Positions 12,836 through 24,514 of a DNA stretch of 64,000 nt are shown in pieces. The notes under the pieces were generated by a model. That model saw only the letters and a program-made list of their open reading frames with translations, was not told the DNA's origin and searched no databases. Positions within the stretch are counted from its first letter, which is position 1, and each line of letters starts with the position of its first letter. The stretch is from Picochlorum sp. SENEW3. Its lineage: Eukaryota. The DNA lies in the NCBI GenBank assembly GCA_034226945.1, contig CP120456.1, forward strand, positions 310,001 through 374,000, in the 5' to 3' direction. Position numbers and translations under genes: made by a program.

Positions 12836-13696
12836 ATGAAAACGAATAACAAGACGTGCCTTGCGAGTATCGGCAAGACGTGCTTTCGAAAGGATGTGTA
12901 CGAGCCTGCCGAGGTAGATTTACCGTTATGAACTGTTAAACAACCCATGTAATAATGTATTCGGATATAATTGTCGCAGGATTCGTTTCTTTTGGCGGAT
13001 GTGATTCTTGCTGACATGGACAACTGGGCATGTGCTCCGAGAATGTACGTCCATGATGCATTTATGTATTGCTTTTGATGGATTAATTCTTATGATTATA
13101 CTATATTGCATGTACAGATGTGTGGAAATAGGCAGTGGATCTGGGTATGTGGTGTGCTCGGTGGCACAGAGTCTGTCCCAGCTATGTCAGTGTTTTGCAA
13201 CTGACATCAATGCGAGTGCGTGTGCTGCGACGCAAGAGACGATTCGAAATCATGATATGGATGGACGTGTTGATGTCGTGCATTGTGATGTGGCGTCGCC
13301 GTTGGAGGATAGGTTGAAGCATGGTGTGGATCTTGTTGTTTTCAATCCACCCTATGTTGTGACACCTGATGATGAGGTTGAGGGTGATGGGATATCGGCG
13401 GCATGGGCTGGTGGTTTACGTGGGAGACGAATTATTGATAAAGTGCTACCAAAGTTGTCGTTATTGTTGTCGCCGGGGGGAATAGTGTATATGATTGCTA
13501 TTCATGATAATGACCCTGCTGGTACGTGGCATTCTTCTTGTTGATGTGTGCTACATCTGTGACCCACGTGATGTGAAATTTCTTTGTAGATATGATTCAT
13601 GTCTTGTCTGATCTGGGGATCACGGCCAGCATCGTAGCAAAGCAGTCTGCTGATGAGGAGCTCTTGTATGTGATAAAGGGAACAAAAGAGTGTTGA
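12836..13696 (+). CDS. MTQ2: HemK-family eRF1 glutamine methyltransferase (MTQ2/N6AMT1)
   Basis: Exons 12836-12913, 12980-13044, 13118-13521 and 13590-13696 give VYEPAE|DSFLLAD, EIGSGSG, FNPPYV and AWAGG. Confidence 0.9.
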
Positions 13697-13789
13697 ATGA
13701 ATGTTTACAATGTGAATCAGAAAGAATAGAAAACACAAACAAATGTAAGGTAATAGTACTGTACAATGATTCGTTATTGATACGCATCC

Positions 13790-15604
13790 TTAGAGAAGAT
13801 TGTGGTTTGCTTCGTTGGTCGCTTGGAGCATTCTGTCGACAGATTCCTGCGTCAGGGGCTTGCCTGCACGCACACTCTTCAGAATATTGATCCTCCAGGG
13901 GACTCTCAAGTGCCTCAATGCATCAGTCTCAATCTGTCTGATTCTCTCTCGGCAGAGTTGGTGGATCACACCAACTTCCTTCAAGCCGAGCCCACTCATA
14001 ATATCCTCCTCCTCTTCCTGAGTGAGATCCTCACCAAGAATCAGTTCAGACGCGACTTCCTTTAAAGCAGAAGCACTCGCTGCAGAATGGAGACCATATC
14101 GAAGTCTCAGTACATTTCTTTCTCGCAAAGGCAGCGTACTGAGCATCAAACTCAGTGTTTGCTGCAAGAATTCAGCTCTCTCCACTTCGGCAACAGGGTT
14201 CATTCCTTCTTCCTGGTCAGTTGTCAGCAGATCTTCATCCACAAGCTCCGCTCCTAGGTTACCCACGTTTGCTGAGAAATTTCCAGACAGAACATCTCCA
14301 GTTAATTTGGGGTTCCTTGCTGCATGGAGCAATGCAACCAATCTGGGGAGGGGAACCCCCATGGCAGCAGCCAGTTCTCTGTGGGTTGGAGGACTGCTGC
14401 GTCCTGGTTGCGCCTCTAATTCAGATGAAACACGCTTTAGCTTTGACAAAAACTCGACAACATGGACAGGAAGGCGGATATCTCTTCCCTGGTCCGACAC
14501 AGCTCTCGATACTGCCTGTCGAATCCACCAATGTGCATATGTAGAAAACTTGAACCCTTTGGTGGCATCAAACTTGTCAATCGCTTTCCTCAAACCCAAA
14601 AGACCTTCTGGGATCAAATCACCAAGTTCAACACCTTTTCCGCAGTATCGTTTGGCAATTGAAATAACCATTCGGAGGTTAAACTCAATCATTAGGGCAC
14701 GGGCATCCTCAGCAAGCATCACTGCCCGAGCGGCATCATGTGCCGTCTCAAGTCCGGCCGCCTGTGCCACGTCGGTCAACGACGGTCTTTGCTTCTTTTC
14801 ACGAGCAAGATTCTTCGCCGCTTCTCGAACAGACTTACCACGAGCAATGATGGAAGCCAGATGCTGTTCCTGCTTTGCAGTCAGGACTGGTGTATTTCCC
14901 AACGATACAAGAAAGCTTGTCACAGCACCACTCGAACTCGGATTCGCTCCTTTTGCTCGCCTACGCCCCCTCTTTGATTTTCTATTTCCACTCAGCCACG
15001 ACCTCAAATGCATCAAGAATTCTGTATCCTTCTCAACACACTCCATATACTTTGTGCCTGGTGACTGACGATATTGAACAGGAACACTTGGGTCTTCTGA
15101 CAAGCCATGCTTCACGAGACTTTGATTACGCTTACTATTCACCTTCATAGTAGTTTCAGCATTGCTACTGCTGGCCAGGTTGACCAACTCATCATCATCA
15201 TCGTGTTCCTCTGACTTTTTCTTTCCATGCCTCTTCCCTCTTGAACGCCTCGTCGAATGCACCAGTGGCATCGCATCTTTAGAATTCTGCATTCTATCCT
15301 TCTTCTCCTCGACGAACACCTCCATGTCCTCCTCTTCTTCCTCCTCACAACCCACCGGAGCGCCAGAGTAGAATAAAAGGGCATTCCCATCTGCCTGGTG
15401 CTGCGCATCATCCAACACAGTACGCTCGTTTCTGCTTTCAATCGCCGCACACGTCACCATCGTTCTATTAGAATATCCACGCCGGTGCTGACTACATGAC
15501 AAGGCCTTTGACGGACGAACTACTCCTCCCTTTCCCTCACAACCACACACGCCCGACAAGGACTTCATCCTGACTCCCACAGAGCTACACCCTATTTGAG
15601 ACAT
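13790..15604 (-). CDS. RPOD: Nucleus-encoded plastid RNA polymerase sigma-70 factor
   Basis: NLRMVISIAKRY, KFDATKGFKFSTYAHWWIRQAV, RERNVLRLRYGL, RERIRQIE; transit-peptide-like N-terminus. Confidence 0.92.
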   Translation of the reverse strand: MSQIGCSSVGVRMKSLSGVCGCEGKGGVVRPSKALSCSQHRRGYSNRTMVTCAAIESRNERTVLDDAQHQADGNALLFYSGAPVGCEEEEEEDMEVFVEEKKDRMQNSKDAMPLVHSTRRSRGKRHGKKKSEEHDDDDELVNLASSSNAETTMKVNSKRNQSLVKHGLSEDPSVPVQYRQSPGTKYMECVEKDTEFLMHLRSWLSGNRKSKRGRRRAKGANPSSSGAVTSFLVSLGNTPVLTAKQEQHLASIIARGKSVREAAKNLAREKKQRPSLTDVAQAAGLETAHDAARAVMLAEDARALMIEFNLRMVISIAKRYCGKGVELGDLIPEGLLGLRKAIDKFDATKGFKFSTYAHWWIRQAVSRAVSDQGRDIRLPVHVVEFLSKLKRVSSELEAQPGRSSPPTHRELAAAMGVPLPRLVALLHAARNPKLTGDVLSGNFSANVGNLGAELVDEDLLTTDQEEGMNPVAEVERAEFLQQTLSLMLSTLPLRERNVLRLRYGLHSAASASALKEVASELILGEDLTQEEEEDIMSGLGLKEVGVIHQLCRERIRQIETDALRHLRVPWRINILKSVRAGKPLTQESVDRMLQATNEANHNLL

Positions 15605-16231
15605 TATTACGCTGTATTATATGTAATTCCAAAGCCTAAAACCAACGAGACACTGACGAAACCAAGAAAATAACTCCCGCTTTCCTGTCAGCCTTGGACG
15701 GATCCTTGGTCGCACAAAATAACCAAATATCTGGTCTACCTTGAAGACTAGAGATTTCTTGTGTTAAAACAGTGTCTATCAAACACTGAGACAGCTCGTT
15801 AATCCTTTCTCCGCGACGACTGAAGCGAGGTCCAGCGTGCGAATCCAAGTCACACAACGATAGCACGAGATAGTAGGGTACACTCTCTGTCACTACAAAT
15901 TCCAAAGGATATATAAATCTCTTTGAATAAACTATACTCAATTCCATGCGTGCTGAACCATTTGACAACCCACAGAATCTGCCTCATACGCAATCTGTCT
16001 TTATCCATCTATCCAGATTGTGTCCTATCAAGAACAGTGTTGTATGGGACGAAGACTCTCCATCGCCTGCACGCGGATTTTTAATATTTTAATCAAGAAA
16101 AAAGCCCACCGTCGTCGGTGGGTGACCATGGCATGCCATCCACATTGGTCCCATGGCCATTTCTACATGCATATATTGAAAAACATAATTCATTTAATAC
16201 TCATAACGTGTCCTACAAGGAGGTTGGACGA

Positions 16232-18307
16232 ATGGCCACTGCATCAATGGGCGGCAGCACGTGCTGCTACAACATGAGCGGTAAAACCACGTCTCAGAGG
16301 AACTGTGGCATTATGAAGCATGCGAGACACTCTTTGTTTTACAATGTACCAGCTTCATATCATAAAAGCAAGGGAGTAGCATCCTGTCGCCGTGCTCTCT
16401 CTTTTGTGTTGGCAGCCGCGGCCGAAGACGTTCACTCTGCGGCTGTGACTGGGGATGAGAATGACAATGGAATGGGAGTGTATGGGAGACAGTTGACTCA
16501 GGATGAGATATTGGCCAACTGGACTGATCGTTTCGGGGACGAGCCTCGCAAAGGGTCTGATGTGTTGGTGCAGTGTTTGGAGAGGGAGGGAGTTGATACC
16601 TTGTTTGCCTATCCTGGTGGAGCTTCGCTGGAGATTCATCAGGCGTTGACGAGGAGCGACAGTATTAGGAATATTCTTTGCAGACACGAGCAGGGTGAGA
16701 TTTTCGCGGCTGAAGGGTATGCAAAGGTGACTGGAAAGGTTGGTGTGTGTATTGCAACATCTGGGCCAGGTGCGACGAATTTGGTGACCGGGCTTGCTGA
16801 TGCGTTGTTGGATTCTGTGCCTCTTGTGGCTATTACTGGTCAGGTGCCACGTAAATTGATTGGTACTGATGGGTTCCAAGAGACGCCTATTGTGGAGGTT
16901 ACCAGGCAAATCACCAAGCACAACTATCTGGTGATGAATGTGGAGGATATCCCACGCATCATGAAGGAAGCGTTTTATTTGGCTCGTTCCGGTCGCCCGG
17001 GGCCTGTGCTTGTTGATATTCCAAAGGATGTACAGCAGACGTTGTGCCTGCCAAATTGGGATGACCCTGTGAATTTGAGGGGATACATTTCTCGTCTCCC
17101 GATGCCTGCAAAGGAAGATGAGTTGGAGGCTGTCGTCGAGGCTATTAAGGAATCGAAGAGACCAATGTTGTACGTTGGAGGAGGGTGTGTGGATGCATAT
17201 CCCGAGTTGGCAGAGTTTGTCAAGAAGACTGGGATTCCAGTGGCCCAGACATTGATGGGACTTGGAGCCTTCCCAGAACAAGATCCAATGGCATTGCAGA
17301 TGCTGGGAATGCACGGCACTGTGGCTGCAAACTATGCTATTCATGAGTCTGATTTGCTCTTGGCTATCGGTGTGCGTTTTGATGATCGTGTGACTGGAAA
17401 GCTGGAAGAATTTGCTGCTCGTGCTCGCATTGTTCACATCGATATTGACCCAGCAGAGATCAATAAGAACAAACATGCCAACATCGCCATCTGCTCTGAC
17501 AGTCGATCGGCTTTACGAGGAATGAATAATTTATTAGACGCGAGTCCTTTGAAGGATGATGCATTTGGGGAATGGTTTGCAGAAGTGGATGGCGTGAGAA
17601 AAGAGCATCCAGACAGCTATCCAACACGAGATGATGTCATCATGCCACAGCAGGCGATCGAGGTGTTGTATGAGGAAACAAATGGTGAAGCTATTGTTAG
17701 TACTGGAGTAGGACAGCATCAAATGTGGGCTGCTCAGTATTACAAGTTTGCAAAACCAAGAAACTGGGTCACCTCTGGAGGCCTTGGAAGCATGGGCTTT
17801 GGGCTGCCATCAGCTCTTGGAGCCGCAGCTGCCTTTGACGGTAAGGATGGCCGACCAAAGAAGACTGTCGTAGATATTGATGGAGATGGATCCTTCCTGA
17901 TGAACTGCCAAGAACTGGCAACTGCTGCTGTGGATGGATTGGAAACCAAATGTTTCATTTTGAACAATCAGCATCTGGGAATGGTCGTCCAGTGGGAGGA
18001 TAGATTCTACAAGGCAAACAGAGCACACACCTATTTGGGTAAGAAGGATGTCGAGTGGCACATCACGCAAGACCAGAAGGATATTTTCCCAGACTTTGTC
18101 ACCATGGCCAACTCCTTTGGAATCCCAGCCAAGCGAATCACCCACCCAGATGAACTTAGACCAGCGATTAGAGAGATGCTTGACACCCCAGGGCCATACC
18201 TCTTGGATATCATGGTTCCACACATTCAACATGTGTTGCCAATGATTCCAGGAGGTGGATCATTCAAAGACATCATTACCGATGGAGATGGAAATGACGT
18301 GTACTAA
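16232..18307 (+). CDS. ALS: Acetolactate synthase (AHAS) catalytic subunit, plastid
   Basis: [43 protein letters not shown] ThDP motif, [10 protein letters not shown]. Confidence 0.95.
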   Translation: MATASMGGSTCCYNMSGKTTSQRNCGIMKHARHSLFYNVPASYHKSKGVASCRRALSFVLAAAAEDVHSAAVTGDENDNGMGVYGRQLTQDEILANWTDRFGDEPRKGSDVLVQCLEREGVDTLFAYPGGASLEIHQALTRSDSIRNILCRHEQGEIFAAEGYAKVTGKVGVCIATSGPGATNLVTGLADALLDSVPLVAITGQVPRKLIGTDGFQETPIVEVTRQITKHNYLVMNVEDIPRIMKEAFYLARSGRPGPVLVDIPKDVQQTLCLPNWDDPVNLRGYISRLPMPAKEDELEAVVEAIKESKRPMLYVGGGCVDAYPELAEFVKKTGIPVAQTLMGLGAFPEQDPMALQMLGMHGTVAANYAIHESDLLLAIGVRFDDRVTGKLEEFAARARIVHIDIDPAEINKNKHANIAICSDSRSALRGMNNLLDASPLKDDAFGEWFAEVDGVRKEHPDSYPTRDDVIMPQQAIEVLYEETNGEAIVSTGVGQHQMWAAQYYKFAKPRNWVTSGGLGSMGFGLPSALGAAAAFDGKDGRPKKTVVDIDGDGSFLMNCQELATAAVDGLETKCFILNNQHLGMVVQWEDRFYKANRAHTYLGKKDVEWHITQDQKDIFPDFVTMANSFGIPAKRITHPDELRPAIREMLDTPGPYLLDIMVPHIQHVLPMIPGGGSFKDIITDGDGNDVY

Positions 18308-18328
18308 AACCTATTCATTCATTTTGCT

Positions 18329-18817
18329 TTACACTGTATCGTCATCAAAAGACCAATATGAATCTTTCGCAGACATGGAACCAATGCTTTTACAGTACTC
18401 TTCGTCCCCTTCAGGGCGCCTCTTCTCTGAATTACTTGCCAGCATGGACACTATGGAAAGTGCCACCTTGCTGGCTGTCAGCGCAGGTGACCAACCCCCA
18501 TCCCCATGGGCATACAGTATATCTAGACAAATATGGCCGTTCGAGTATATATGAGGATGTATGGGAATTCCCGATGCCCCACCCTGTCTCGTAAATACCA
18601 CTTCAGGAGGTTCCATGGGATATTCTTCTGAGAAGAGAAATTTCAAATGAAACACCTGCCCCGCATACAGCGGGCATCCCTCTGGACCCCTAATATACAC
18701 CAGCCATTCAAAGAGATTCTTAGTTCCTACTAATCCGAAACTCGCTCGCTCGCTACTGGGCGAACTCCAATCCTTTTTCAGTTCGCTCTGCAACCGTTTC
18801 GTTGCCAGCTGCAACAT
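18329..18817 (-). CDS. UBE2W: Ubiquitin-conjugating enzyme E2, UBE2W-like
   Basis: KRLQSEL, YPMEPPEV, HPHIYSNGHICLDIL, WSPALT, C-terminal W-x-F-D-D-D-x-V. Confidence 0.85.
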   Translation of the reverse strand: MLQLATKRLQSELKKDWSSPSSERASFGLVGTKNLFEWLVYIRGPEGCPLYAGQVFHLKFLFSEEYPMEPPEVVFTRQGGASGIPIHPHIYSNGHICLDILYAHGDGGWSPALTASKVALSIVSMLASNSEKRRPEGDEEYCKSIGSMSAKDSYWSFDDDTV

Positions 18818-19254
18818 GGCTCTTTCACTGTCTCATACTCATCATGAAAGTATGACGTTGTCACGGAATTCTATATAAGTTTTAGACTACATTGCACCGG
18901 AGGTCACATGATGAATTCAAGAGTATGTTCGTATTTAATACATAAAAATGCTAGCAAGCGCAAGCACTCCCTATCAACGCCCTTCTCCCATGGGCGATAC
19001 CAGAATTGATACCTTGCACTCTTTTGAATTCAAACGCAACAACAATTCATTCTTCCTTCTGGGTAGTTATTTTTCTGGATTTTTTAAATACCATTGCAAT
19101 TTCTTCGTATGTCACCAGGAGGCAGCACGATACTGTTGAGAGGAATAGTACTAACAGCAGGTTGGAAGTAGAAGAAGAGTGTTGTACTTGTATTCTACTG
19201 GGCAGTATACCCTACCCATGGCATGGGAATGAATACAGTGTCATTCTGATAGAG

Positions 19255-19698
19255 ATGTCGGCCTTGTGGGGAGAGATGGCAAAGCGGTTGCAGTGTCACA
19301 TATGCCATTCAGGCTTCCCCAACCTCCATCTGCTGGATCTGCACATGTCTGAAGTCCATGATGCCTTTTTTGATGCTCAGGTACAAAGAGGATTGCCAGT
19401 ATATCAATGCCTTGTAGAATACTGCGGCAAATCCTTCTGCAACATAGAAGAGAGAAGGCAGCACTTGATACATGATCACTTGTTCTCTCCAGACATGCAT
19501 CTCGAAGAGATGCACCTTTTGACACACAAGGCCAGACGCAAGGTATCTTCTGTATCCAGTTCCATGGATGTGGATGCATGCGAGGATGACTTGTCTCGCC
19601 TGAAGATTCGCTCAGTACCATTGCAGACAAGTAAACGACGAGAAAGGCTTGGGCCTGATGGTAGGAAGAAAACCCATCATCCTGATCATCACTCATGA
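19255..19698 (+). CDS. C2H2 zinc-finger protein, ZNF511-like
   Basis: CHICHSGFPNLHLLDLHMSEVHDAFF and YQCLVEYCGKSF..RRQHLIHDH. The 5' end is uncertain. Confidence 0.7.
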   Translation: MSALWGEMAKRLQCHICHSGFPNLHLLDLHMSEVHDAFFDAQVQRGLPVYQCLVEYCGKSFCNIEERRQHLIHDHLFSPDMHLEEMHLLTHKARRKVSSVSSSMDVDACEDDLSRLKIRSVPLQTSKRRERLGPDGRKKTHHPDHHS

Positions 19699-19859
19699 GT
19701 GATGGATGTTTTCAGAATGTGTCTTCTCACTCGAGCCATTCGTTAGTAGTATCATAACATATACATTTAATACAATCATTTCAATAATACCCATAGAGTT
19801 GTGTTTTGTGCTGAGGAGGAGGTCGAGAAGATCAAAAACAGAAAAAGGACGATACCACC

Positions 19860-20750
19860 ATGGCAATTCAACGAGCGTGCTCTCGAGTCCACACTCGTCT
19901 TCCTATTTCGACCTCTCAAAACCATCAAAGAGTCTCAAGAAAGATAGTGTGTGTTGATAGAACGAATCAAACGAATAGAGTCTCGGATGTGGTCAAGAGA
20001 CGTGTGGGTTTGAGCACAGTTGCTCTCATCGGGTCCTCCATCATCATGCCCATGGTTGCATTGGCTGAGAGTTCAATAGAGCCTGTGTATTTCGGTAATG
20101 GGTGCTTTTGGGGTAGACAGTACGATTTTGTAAAGGCGGAGAATGAGATGGGGAGGGATGGTAATGAGATTAGTGCTGTGGTAGGATATGCTGGTGGTCG
20201 AAAAGCATCCCCATCAAACAAGGTGTGCTACTATTACACACCCGAGGCTGATACCGTGTATGAAAAGCTTGGGCATGCTGAGGTTGTCAAGGTTGAGCTT
20301 CGTGGCGAATCGAAGGAGGACCAGTTCCGAAGGTATGCCAAGACATACTTTTCCCAGTTCAAAAGGCTTTCAGATGGGAGGATGCAGCGACAGGATCCAC
20401 AGGATATGGGTGCTGGGTACAGGAATGTGATTGGTATTCCTGGGGGCGTGCAATCAGATTTATTCACGATTCTCCAGGAGGAGAATGCGAACAAGATGGA
20501 TCTGAAACAAGGGCGTGGGAATGAATACACCTCATTTGGACGTGCATCAGAGGGGGATGAGCTCAACACCGTTTGGGTGATTGATTCCAACGAATTTCCA
20601 TTCTATCAGGCCGAAGTGTACCATCAGTTCCATAATGGGTTGGGGAAACGCTTCCCAACAGAGTATACAAAGGATTTGAAGGAGGCTGCCATGTCCAATA
20701 AACTCATCCAAGAGACTGGGTGCCCAGAATACTTCTTCTTGGGTTCATAA
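19860..20750 (+). CDS. Peptide methionine sulfoxide reductase A (MsrA)-like, plastid-targeted
   Basis: YFGNGCFWG, VGYAGG, GHAEVV, FYQAEVYHQF; transit-peptide-like N-terminus followed by a hydrophobic stretch. Confidence 0.75.
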   Translation: MAIQRACSRVHTRLPISTSQNHQRVSRKIVCVDRTNQTNRVSDVVKRRVGLSTVALIGSSIIMPMVALAESSIEPVYFGNGCFWGRQYDFVKAENEMGRDGNEISAVVGYAGGRKASPSNKVCYYYTPEADTVYEKLGHAEVVKVELRGESKEDQFRRYAKTYFSQFKRLSDGRMQRQDPQDMGAGYRNVIGIPGGVQSDLFTILQEENANKMDLKQGRGNEYTSFGRASEGDELNTVWVIDSNEFPFYQAEVYHQFHNGLGKRFPTEYTKDLKEAAMSNKLIQETGCPEYFFLGS

Positions 20751-20834
20751 TCATTATTATTATTATCAGCATCGTCGCCAGCGGTATGGTGTAATATTAA
20801 ATATAAGGTGTGTTAGTATTCGTACATAGCCGTG

Positions 20835-21823
20835 TTAGAATTGGAACTGCTGTTCTTTTGGATAGCCCAAGATGTCCAAGTGTTTCTTCATCACCTCCAT
20901 CATGGGCAAGGGCCCACATCGAAGAATCATAGTCTCCTTGGACGGTGCAGGCAAGTGCTCTCTGCATATATATACATCGCGATATACCGTTAGCCTACCC
21001 ATACACACCAATATGATGATGATCATATATATATCTATACGCACCGTATCATGTCTGCTGTGATGAATCCAGAACCTCCCTTCCATCCAGACCGCGGTGG
21101 CTTGTCCAACACATAGTACACCTTGAACGTCTTTGAAAATCTCTTTGCAAGATCATCCAATTCATCCCGTAATAAAATATCCTCTTCTGTCACGTTTGCA
21201 AATAATAATGAAAACTCAGCCGTATTGTTTGAATCTTTCAAGAATGCCATGGCCACCTGAAACATTGGGGTGATACCAGTCCCACCAGCAATCATGCCAA
21301 TCTTTGATGCCGAGCCATGCTGCTCCATCGAAAACAGCCCCTTGGGTCCCTTGAACTCCATAGTCTCCCCAACTTTTAAAGAATCCATCGCCTGGGACAT
21401 TTTCCCCTCCGGATAGACTTTAATCACAAAGTCAACATAGCCCCGAGCATTCCCATCAGACGTTGGGGTGTATGGTCTGATCACCTGCTTCCCATCAGGC
21501 AACGTTGTCCTGATTGAAATATGCTGACCCACTGGTAGTCCAAGCTTTTGATCCTGATGTGGCAGCACAAAGCGAAACCGGCGCGTATTGTGAGTCAACA
21601 CTTTCCTGTCCAGTAACTGTAACGGCTGCCACGTGTTCGGATTCAAAAATGGCCTTCTCATCCCATAAAGGATATCTTTGAGTGTCAAAAATCCAATAAG
21701 TACGACTAAGAATACCAAAAGAGCGTGTGGAAGGTATTCCACAATCTGTGTCAAACTCGGAGGCCCTTCAAGTTGCTGAGAATGCCCGCCGAAGAGAACA
21801 GACATCAAGAAAGAGGCGTCCAT
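20835..21823 (-). CDS. CBR: NADH-cytochrome b5 reductase
   Basis: N-terminal TM, GLPVGQH, RPYTP, IKVYPEGKMS, GMIAGGTGITPM, CGPLPM. Intron 20962-21044. Confidence 0.9.
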
Positions 21824-21986
21824 TATTGCTCAAATAGTACTAAAACAACTAAATATGTATTAATTGGTGTATAAAAGTCGCATCGAGTCATCTGTATATG
21901 TCATGGTCAATGCACGGTATTCGTCAGTTTGTAGGTGCGACCAACAACACAAGAATAAAAAGGGGGCACGTGTACACTCTGGACCA

Positions 21987-22863
21987 TCATGCCACAGGAT
22001 GATGATGCAATCCAAACGACATGGGATGACTGGTATCTCTGTCACTCGTGGACGATGAAACCCAATCAAACACAATGCTCTGCTTTGATGAGGACAGCGC
22101 ATCTGCATCCTTGGTACTGTTGTCAAGCAAGCCTTCCAGGCCATGGATGGCATGCCGAGCTTGCTGCAACGATGGCCATTCTGATGACACCGTCTTTGTA
22201 TACTGCACTAATGAATCCCGCACCGTCGATGACTTGGAGGGCGGGACATCATTGATGACTGTCTCACAGAGCAATACAATGCCCTGAAGGGACAGCTCCT
22301 GTCTGGCATGCAGTGCATCAAGCTTGCCTTGCATCTCATCGATATGCTCCCCCATAACCTTTTGATCCCGCATCATAGTATTCTGATTTTTCAAAACGTG
22401 TCGTAATTGTTCCTGTACCTGTTCCTTCACAAGCGTTAATTGACTCTGTAGTTTCTGAACAGCACCAGAGAGAATGGTGTTCAATTTGCGGACTGTCACA
22501 GGGATCACATGGTCTACCAAAGACTTTACATCAATGGATGTATACACATAGTACACTATCGTCGCTGCACCCAGCATGAGTGCTGCAGATTGAATGCCAT
22601 TCTGCTTTCCACCCACACCCTGTCTTTTAAAGTCTTGACTCAGTCGTTCCAACTGCATCGCATACAGATACATACACCGTTGAATCGCAGTATAATACAT
22701 CCTTAAATGCTATCTTACGTACAATATCACGGACATCGTCCAATTGGTGCGATTGGTAAGAACCACTGGGTTGTCTAAAAATGACCCGAGAGAATTCGTC
22801 GGGTTTCAAGTAGGCTGCCGTCCCCAAGGATCCAATCGCAAACCCCCACAATGGCTTTGACAT
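21987..22863 (-). CDS. DUF1664-like membrane/coiled-coil protein
   Basis: Exon 1 22735-22863, intron 22653-22734. Hydrophobic N-terminus, TM ..YYVY, heptad coiled coil, GIVLLCE. Confidence 0.6.
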
Positions 22864-22986
22864 ATTACTGGTTCTAAGATGATGAACATTAGAATTATGG
22901 TTGCCCTGGGCTGCCTCGGACAATGCTCCTTTGGATGAGGAACACACGAAAACACAAGAAACAAGAAAGGCGCCTTGCCATCATGG

Positions 22987-23430
22987 CTATACAGAACATG
23001 CTGTGTCATTGGTTGCAACACACGATGACCCATCTGGTTCTACGACATACACTATGATGCGTTGGAGGGCAGCAGCATTCTCCTTGAGTTCAGCAGATAG
23101 GGGTTGCTTTGAATCATGATGATTGCTAGCAGCAGCAGTGCTAGCGCTGCTGCTTTGAATATGTTGCGATAATGGTCTTCTATGAAAACATAAGATCCAA
23201 CGCACGCCTTCTTCTTCTTGTTGTTGTTCTGAAGAAGAAGAAGATCGTACGGCAGGCGAGACGTTGTAATTATAAAACCACATCATGTAGCTGGCAAAGA
23301 CTACCACAGCGCCTACTGGAATCATGATGCCTGCATGATGACGAGTCGTATCTACCAAGCTACTTTGAAAGGCGAGATACAGGCATCAGGATGTCGTACC
23401 TATAAATGCGTATAGATACGCCGTCTTCAT
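22987..23430 (-). CDS. Small single-pass membrane protein
   Basis: Exon 1 23400-23430 (MKTAYLYAFI) and GT-AG intron 23331-23399 give a continuous TM segment. C-terminal IVYVVEPDGSSCVA. Confidence 0.55.
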
Positions 23431-23941
23431 GGTTGTCAGTGTACTATGGCAGCAATGTCATTTTCCTATTACTTTTCAATGGTGTACCAGAACAACACCA
23501 TCAGTGTGGATGAGCAGGCCCCATGGCTCCTCGGATTGGGAGGGAGATGGATATATCTATTCATTCAAGAACATATATAATATCTCTTGTATACATAAAA
23601 AATACCATGTGTATAGCAGTCGTGGTGATGACGAGAGATGAGGAGTCGTCCTCATCATCAGTACGACCAGTCCTGGTCCTCAGGAGAGGACTGGTCAATC
23701 AGGGTCTACAATCTTTCTTACACTACGCTATGTATCATGAAATGCAATTCGCTAAAACGCTATACACAATACCATCGGTGTATCGTATTCATATCACATG
23801 TCTACCGATACATCGATGATAATGCAATGCAATTATTATGCAACGCCAAAAAACAAACAAAAGGTTTGAAAAATTGGTCAACCATGCCACGCAACAGCGT
23901 GGCAAAGGTGACCATTCATGCAATCTCTACGTCTCGTGTCG

Positions 23942-24514
23942 TCATACACGTCCAGGTCCTCTATCTCGAGAAAAAGACTGATCATCAAGATCTGCTTCGC
24001 GTCTACACTCTTGAACCAAGGCGTCCAAGCGGGAAGCAGTACTCCCATTCTCAACAGTATCGTCACTCTGCGCAGGCAAGCTACTACTTGTACTACTACT
24101 GCTACCCTGACTGTCATCAGTATGCACGTCTTCAATACGAATACATACATCCTCATCTTCCTCATGGTTCTGTATCTCAGCGCAGTCAATCGTATCCCCC
24201 GGAGAAATCACAAGCACGTGCTTGCACTTTTTCTTGCTCTCTTCGTACCGAGCCTCTGCCTCACGCTCAGCCTCCTCAGCCTGCCTCCTGGCTTGCTGTC
24301 GCCTTCTCCGCCTCGATAGATATAATATTATCGCAAATACTATAATAATGACTATTAAAACAATGACGAAAGCTATAATGGCCAGTTGACCGGGAATATT
24401 CGTACTATGATCGTCATTCTCTGGCCGGCTGAATTTCTGAGAACTTGAAATCGAACCAGACCACGGAGACAGTAGAAGGGCCCTACCACGCCGAATAGTA
24501 CTTTCAATATCCAT
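23942..24514 (-). CDS. Single-pass membrane protein (start uncertain, up to 24745)
   Basis: Strong TM LAIIAFVIVLIVIIIVFAIILYL followed by an RRRRR stop-transfer segment, a coiled coil and VLVISPGD. Confidence 0.65.
   Translation of the reverse strand: MDIESTIRRGRALLLSPWSGSISSSQKFSRPENDDHSTNIPGQLAIIAFVIVLIVIIIVFAIILYLSRRRRRQQARRQAEEAEREAEARYEESKKKCKHVLVISPGDTIDCAEIQNHEEDEDVCIRIEDVHTDDSQGSSSSTSSSLPAQSDDTVENGSTASRLDALVQECRREADLDDQSFSRDRGPGRV

Noticed and set aside
14022..17476. Long antisense ORFs (348 aa opposite the sigma factor, 373 aa opposite ALS)
   Set aside because: They are shadow frames of well-supported genes with no motifs of their own.
18948..19050. Hairpin-rich stretch (CGCCC..GGGCG, TTTGAATTCAAA) that might be an snRNA/snoRNA
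   Set aside because: No Sm site, paired C/D boxes or known snRNA sequence could be matched by eye.
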